Of a stretch of DNA of 64,000 nucleotides, positions 62,340 through 64,000 are shown piece by piece. This DNA is from Lingula anatina (lineage: Eukaryota > Animalia > Brachiopoda). Made by a program: the position numbers and the translations under genes. The DNA is taken from the NCBI GenBank assembly GCA_051362555.1, contig CM120641.1, positions 39,500,401 to 39,564,400 of the forward strand. The letters are read 5' to 3'. Positions within the stretch are counted from its first letter, which is position 1. Each line of letters starts with the position of its first letter. The notes beneath the pieces were generated by a model. That model was not told the DNA's origin and did not search any database. It saw nothing but the letters and a program-made list of their open reading frames with translations.

Positions 62340-63220
62340 GAAGAGAAGGGAAGGATGGAAGGAAATTTGCAGGACATCAATATACATTGTGGTTTTGTCA
62401 CATTTGTGAATACAGGTCATCTGATAAGAAGCTATATTAATGACCATTCAGTGACCGGTAGCCTTGATTCGTGGACGGTGAGACGGGAATGGTTGTCCGT
62501 TTCCCATTACTGTGTACAGGTGGCATTCGTCCCATATACTAACCCTAATACTCAACATGTCAAGCTGACCCTTACTTATACTAATTATATGGGACCCTCT
62601 GGACTTCCAACCCGAGCTAGGACTACCATTCCTGTCACACCGGAGCTAAGCAGACGATTAAAAACATTAAAACCTTACAATGTGTCAGATACATACATTC
62701 TATCAACTTTAATTACAGTATTTAGATACAAATTACAAATAGAAATAAAACTAATTAATTAATTTTAAATTAATTAATGCTTTTTACCAGTATGTTCTAT
62801 CAGCCATTGTATGAATTTTAACTCTTCGGTATATATTAGACCCTTGCGCATGTATATATTTTGCATAAATGCCTATGGGTCGTAGTTCATTAGTATATGT
62901 AGTAAAGTTCCTTCATCCTTTCAACGAGAAAACGTTTTTAACATACGTGTAAAGGTAAAATTAATGATCATGAATTTTTTTAAAAATTAGGATGTGGCGG
63001 TTAATCAGTGTATTCACAACATTTATTTGCCGTGTATATTGGCACAAGTATTGTCTTAAACGTAAAATATATAACTTACCTCTTGATAGAAGCGGAATTT
63101 CGGCATGGCAATCATTGACATTTTGCATTTCTCAGTCACAGTCTGAACATGCAAATCCATTGATCGCTCATTATTTTCCTCCCCCAAAGTCTCTTCATCC
63201 ATTTTCTGGTGATTCCACAT
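59824..63220 (-). CDS. Type-II membrane BRICHOS-domain protein (~280 aa) with a C-terminal KR-preceded disulfide peptide
   Basis: In-frame phase-0 exons: 63220(or 63202)-63080; 62245-62105 (TM CVVFLILIVVLILAGLCSVIAGIII); 61693-61562 (EEQIHLD...AIYDYSR); 61230-61087 (GLIVIK...GRCFL); 60111-59824 (LRNSCDNLDTLWLIP...DKR ELVRGCVW...DCYIISSDL*). The conserved Asp, both BRICHOS Cys and the C-x5-LWL end motif are present. Start codon uncertain. Confidence 0.8.
60177..60913. mobile_element. hAT-like non-autonomous element hosting a nested MITE, in the last BRICHOS intron
   Basis: Ends TAGTGGCGGATT (60177) and GGATCCGCCACTG (60901-60913), followed internally by G/C-run GGGGGTTCCTGACCCCCC. No clean 8-bp TSD. 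Confidence 0.55.
60313..60722. mobile_element. MITE (410 bp) with ~47-bp TIRs and internal ACGA(A)T repeats
   Basis: TGCCCCTATTTCACACAGACCACGAATCCCACGAATCGCCAG... and its reverse complement ending at 60722. TA on both sides. Confidence 0.88.
60917..61017. repeat. 51-bp tandem duplication
   Basis: TGGCGTCTGTGAGCCTAGTGCTTC...TAACTCTTC at 60917 and 60968. Confidence 0.85.
62291..62336. repeat. (GA)n microsatellite, read as (CT)n just upstream of a BRICHOS-gene acceptor
   Basis: Direct GA run. Confidence 0.95.
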
Positions 63221-64000
63221 CTTCGTTACCCTATGCTGCCGGGGAAGCCGGCTCCTTACACGACTGTCTTTAGGGCACGTTAGACGCTGAATGATTAACA
63301 GTCTCAGGTGACACTGCGCCCGTCTCTCGCCTCTGCAGGTAGCACGAAGGGCCAAATTGGTTTGACCTGTGTGTGTGTGGAGGGGTCATACATACGACGA
63401 ACATGCATAATGGCTTTATTCACGCCATGGCTAAGTCGATCTATACGGTGACACGCTGTATAATGCACAAATAATAGACGTTCGTCAACTGGCTGAGGGC
63501 TTCGTTTTAATTTTTAGAGCAGATGTACTTGTCCCACTGCTGAGTGGAAACCGAATTTCAAGGACAAAAAAATAAACTGAAATAAAAAATAAATAAAAAA
63601 CAAATTGCAATGACTTGCTACAACTTTACAAAATTGGGATCATGCTTTGCATCGCATTTCAGAGTACTCCATTCGCTGAAACATACTACCAGTAGATTAA
63701 GTATATAACTAATATAAATGAGCATAAATGAATATAAATGAGCATTGTAGGTATGGGCCACGTCAACTGTTAGTTAATATAAGAGTCGACTCGTCTTCTT
63801 CTCGATAAAGTTTACCCGTATCGGTTTATAGATATTATCGGTGCATAGATATATTATATGGAATGCGGAATGTATGGCAGAAACTTATATCAAACCCTGT
63901 TGTCTGATGACAGCACCAAGAACTAGAAAATGATACGACTATAAGGACACAATAAATCGTTTACCCAAAAGTGAATAGCCTGGAGTTTGTCATCACATTA

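Overview
AT-rich, intron-rich animal genomic DNA. The repeat content suggests a lophotrochozoan, probably a mollusc (inference only). There are four spliced protein-coding genes: soluble adenylyl cyclase ADCY10 (+, 100-21697); GALNT7-type polypeptide GalNAc-transferase (-, 23234-33782), convergent with ADCY10; glutaminyl-peptide cyclotransferase QPCT (+, 39094-52042), divergent from GALNT7; and a type-II membrane BRICHOS protein (-, ~63220-59824) ending in a KR-preceded two-Cys peptide. An intact-looking Mag-type Ty3/Gypsy retrotransposon (identical 165-bp LTRs, TCCTA TSD) sits inside a Helentron/HINE-like composite repeat. An empty, inverted sister copy of that repeat lies in a GALNT7 intron. 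The window also holds several MITEs, a SINE and a Tc1 relic. The least explained feature is a ~500-bp block at 36110-36620. It has a type-I hammerhead-ribozyme-like motif flanked by about eight hairpins with different stems but the same (C/T)GAGAC(A/G) loop. Exon coordinates were read by eye and may be off by a few bases.
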